Below are positions 63,796-64,000 of a stretch of 64,000 nucleotides of DNA, in pieces. Position 1 is the stretch's first letter. Each line of letters starts with the position of its first letter. Source of the stretch: Candidatus Pampinifervens sinense (lineage in GTDB: Bacteria; Aquificota; Aquificia; Aquificales; Aquificaceae); contig JAXSPP010000003.1 of assembly GCA_037927135.1 (NCBI GenBank), forward strand, positions 40,373 through 104,372, in the 5' to 3' direction. The translations under genes and the position numbers were made by a program. A model generated the notes under the pieces. The model had not been told where the DNA came from, ran no database searches, and worked only from the letters and a program-made list of their open reading frames with translations.

Positions 63796-64000
63796 TAGAG
63801 AGGTATACAAGGAAGGAAATGGGTGAGATATGGTCAGACCTCAACAAGTTTAGGCTGTGGCTAAGGGTGGAGCTGGCCGTATGCAGGGCATGGCAAAGGC
63901 TTGGAAAGATACCGGAGGAGGCCCTAAGGGCCATAGAGGAGAGGGTGCATGTGGATGAGAAAGTTTTAAAAAAGATAGAAGAGTATGAAAGAAGGTATAG
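63792..64000 (+). CDS. purB: Adenylosuccinate lyase (5' part; runs off the end of the window)
   Basis: MIERYTRKEMGEIWSDLNKFRLWLRVELA...GKIP; frame open to the window end; ATGA overlap with deoC. Confidence 0.9.
   Translation, partial: MIERYTRKEMGEIWSDLNKFRLWLRVELAVCRAWQRLGKIPEEALRAIEERVHVDEKVLKKIEEYERRY

Overview
Gene-dense chromosomal segment, most consistent with an Aquificaceae thermophile (Hydrogenobacter/Thermocrinis-like). The evidence is a split atpF'-atpF-atpH-ndk block, a PspA-type phosphoserine phosphatase, a class V FBP aldolase/phosphatase, a PycA-type biotin carboxylase and heavy AGG/ATA codon use. The first 35 kb is housekeeping, plus a flgBC-fliEF-fliMN flagellar block and tRNA-Arg(CCT). 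From 35 to 62 kb a type II secretion system lies in two halves (gspF-G-I-J-C-D-N and gspE-L-M-K plus a CPBP intramembrane protease) on either side of rluD, lpxB and a visibly AT-richer surface-glycan island. Most notable observations: (1) about 15 genes have a TANNNT -10 box 6-8 nt before the start codon and no Shine-Dalgarno, implying widespread leaderless transcripts; (2) two separate lesions in the pseudopilins, a gspG frameshift and a gspJ in-frame stop; (3) a CPBP protease coupled to the T2SS operon, a candidate C-terminal protein-sorting system; (4) two tandem glycosyltransferases sharing a near-identical 699-bp 3' half; (5) a (CAAACA)14 in-frame microsatellite in a Wzy-like gene; (6) three small ORFs missing from the ORF track. 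No CRISPR array, rRNA, transposase or integrase was seen. All assignments come from motif recognition by eye; no database searches were run.
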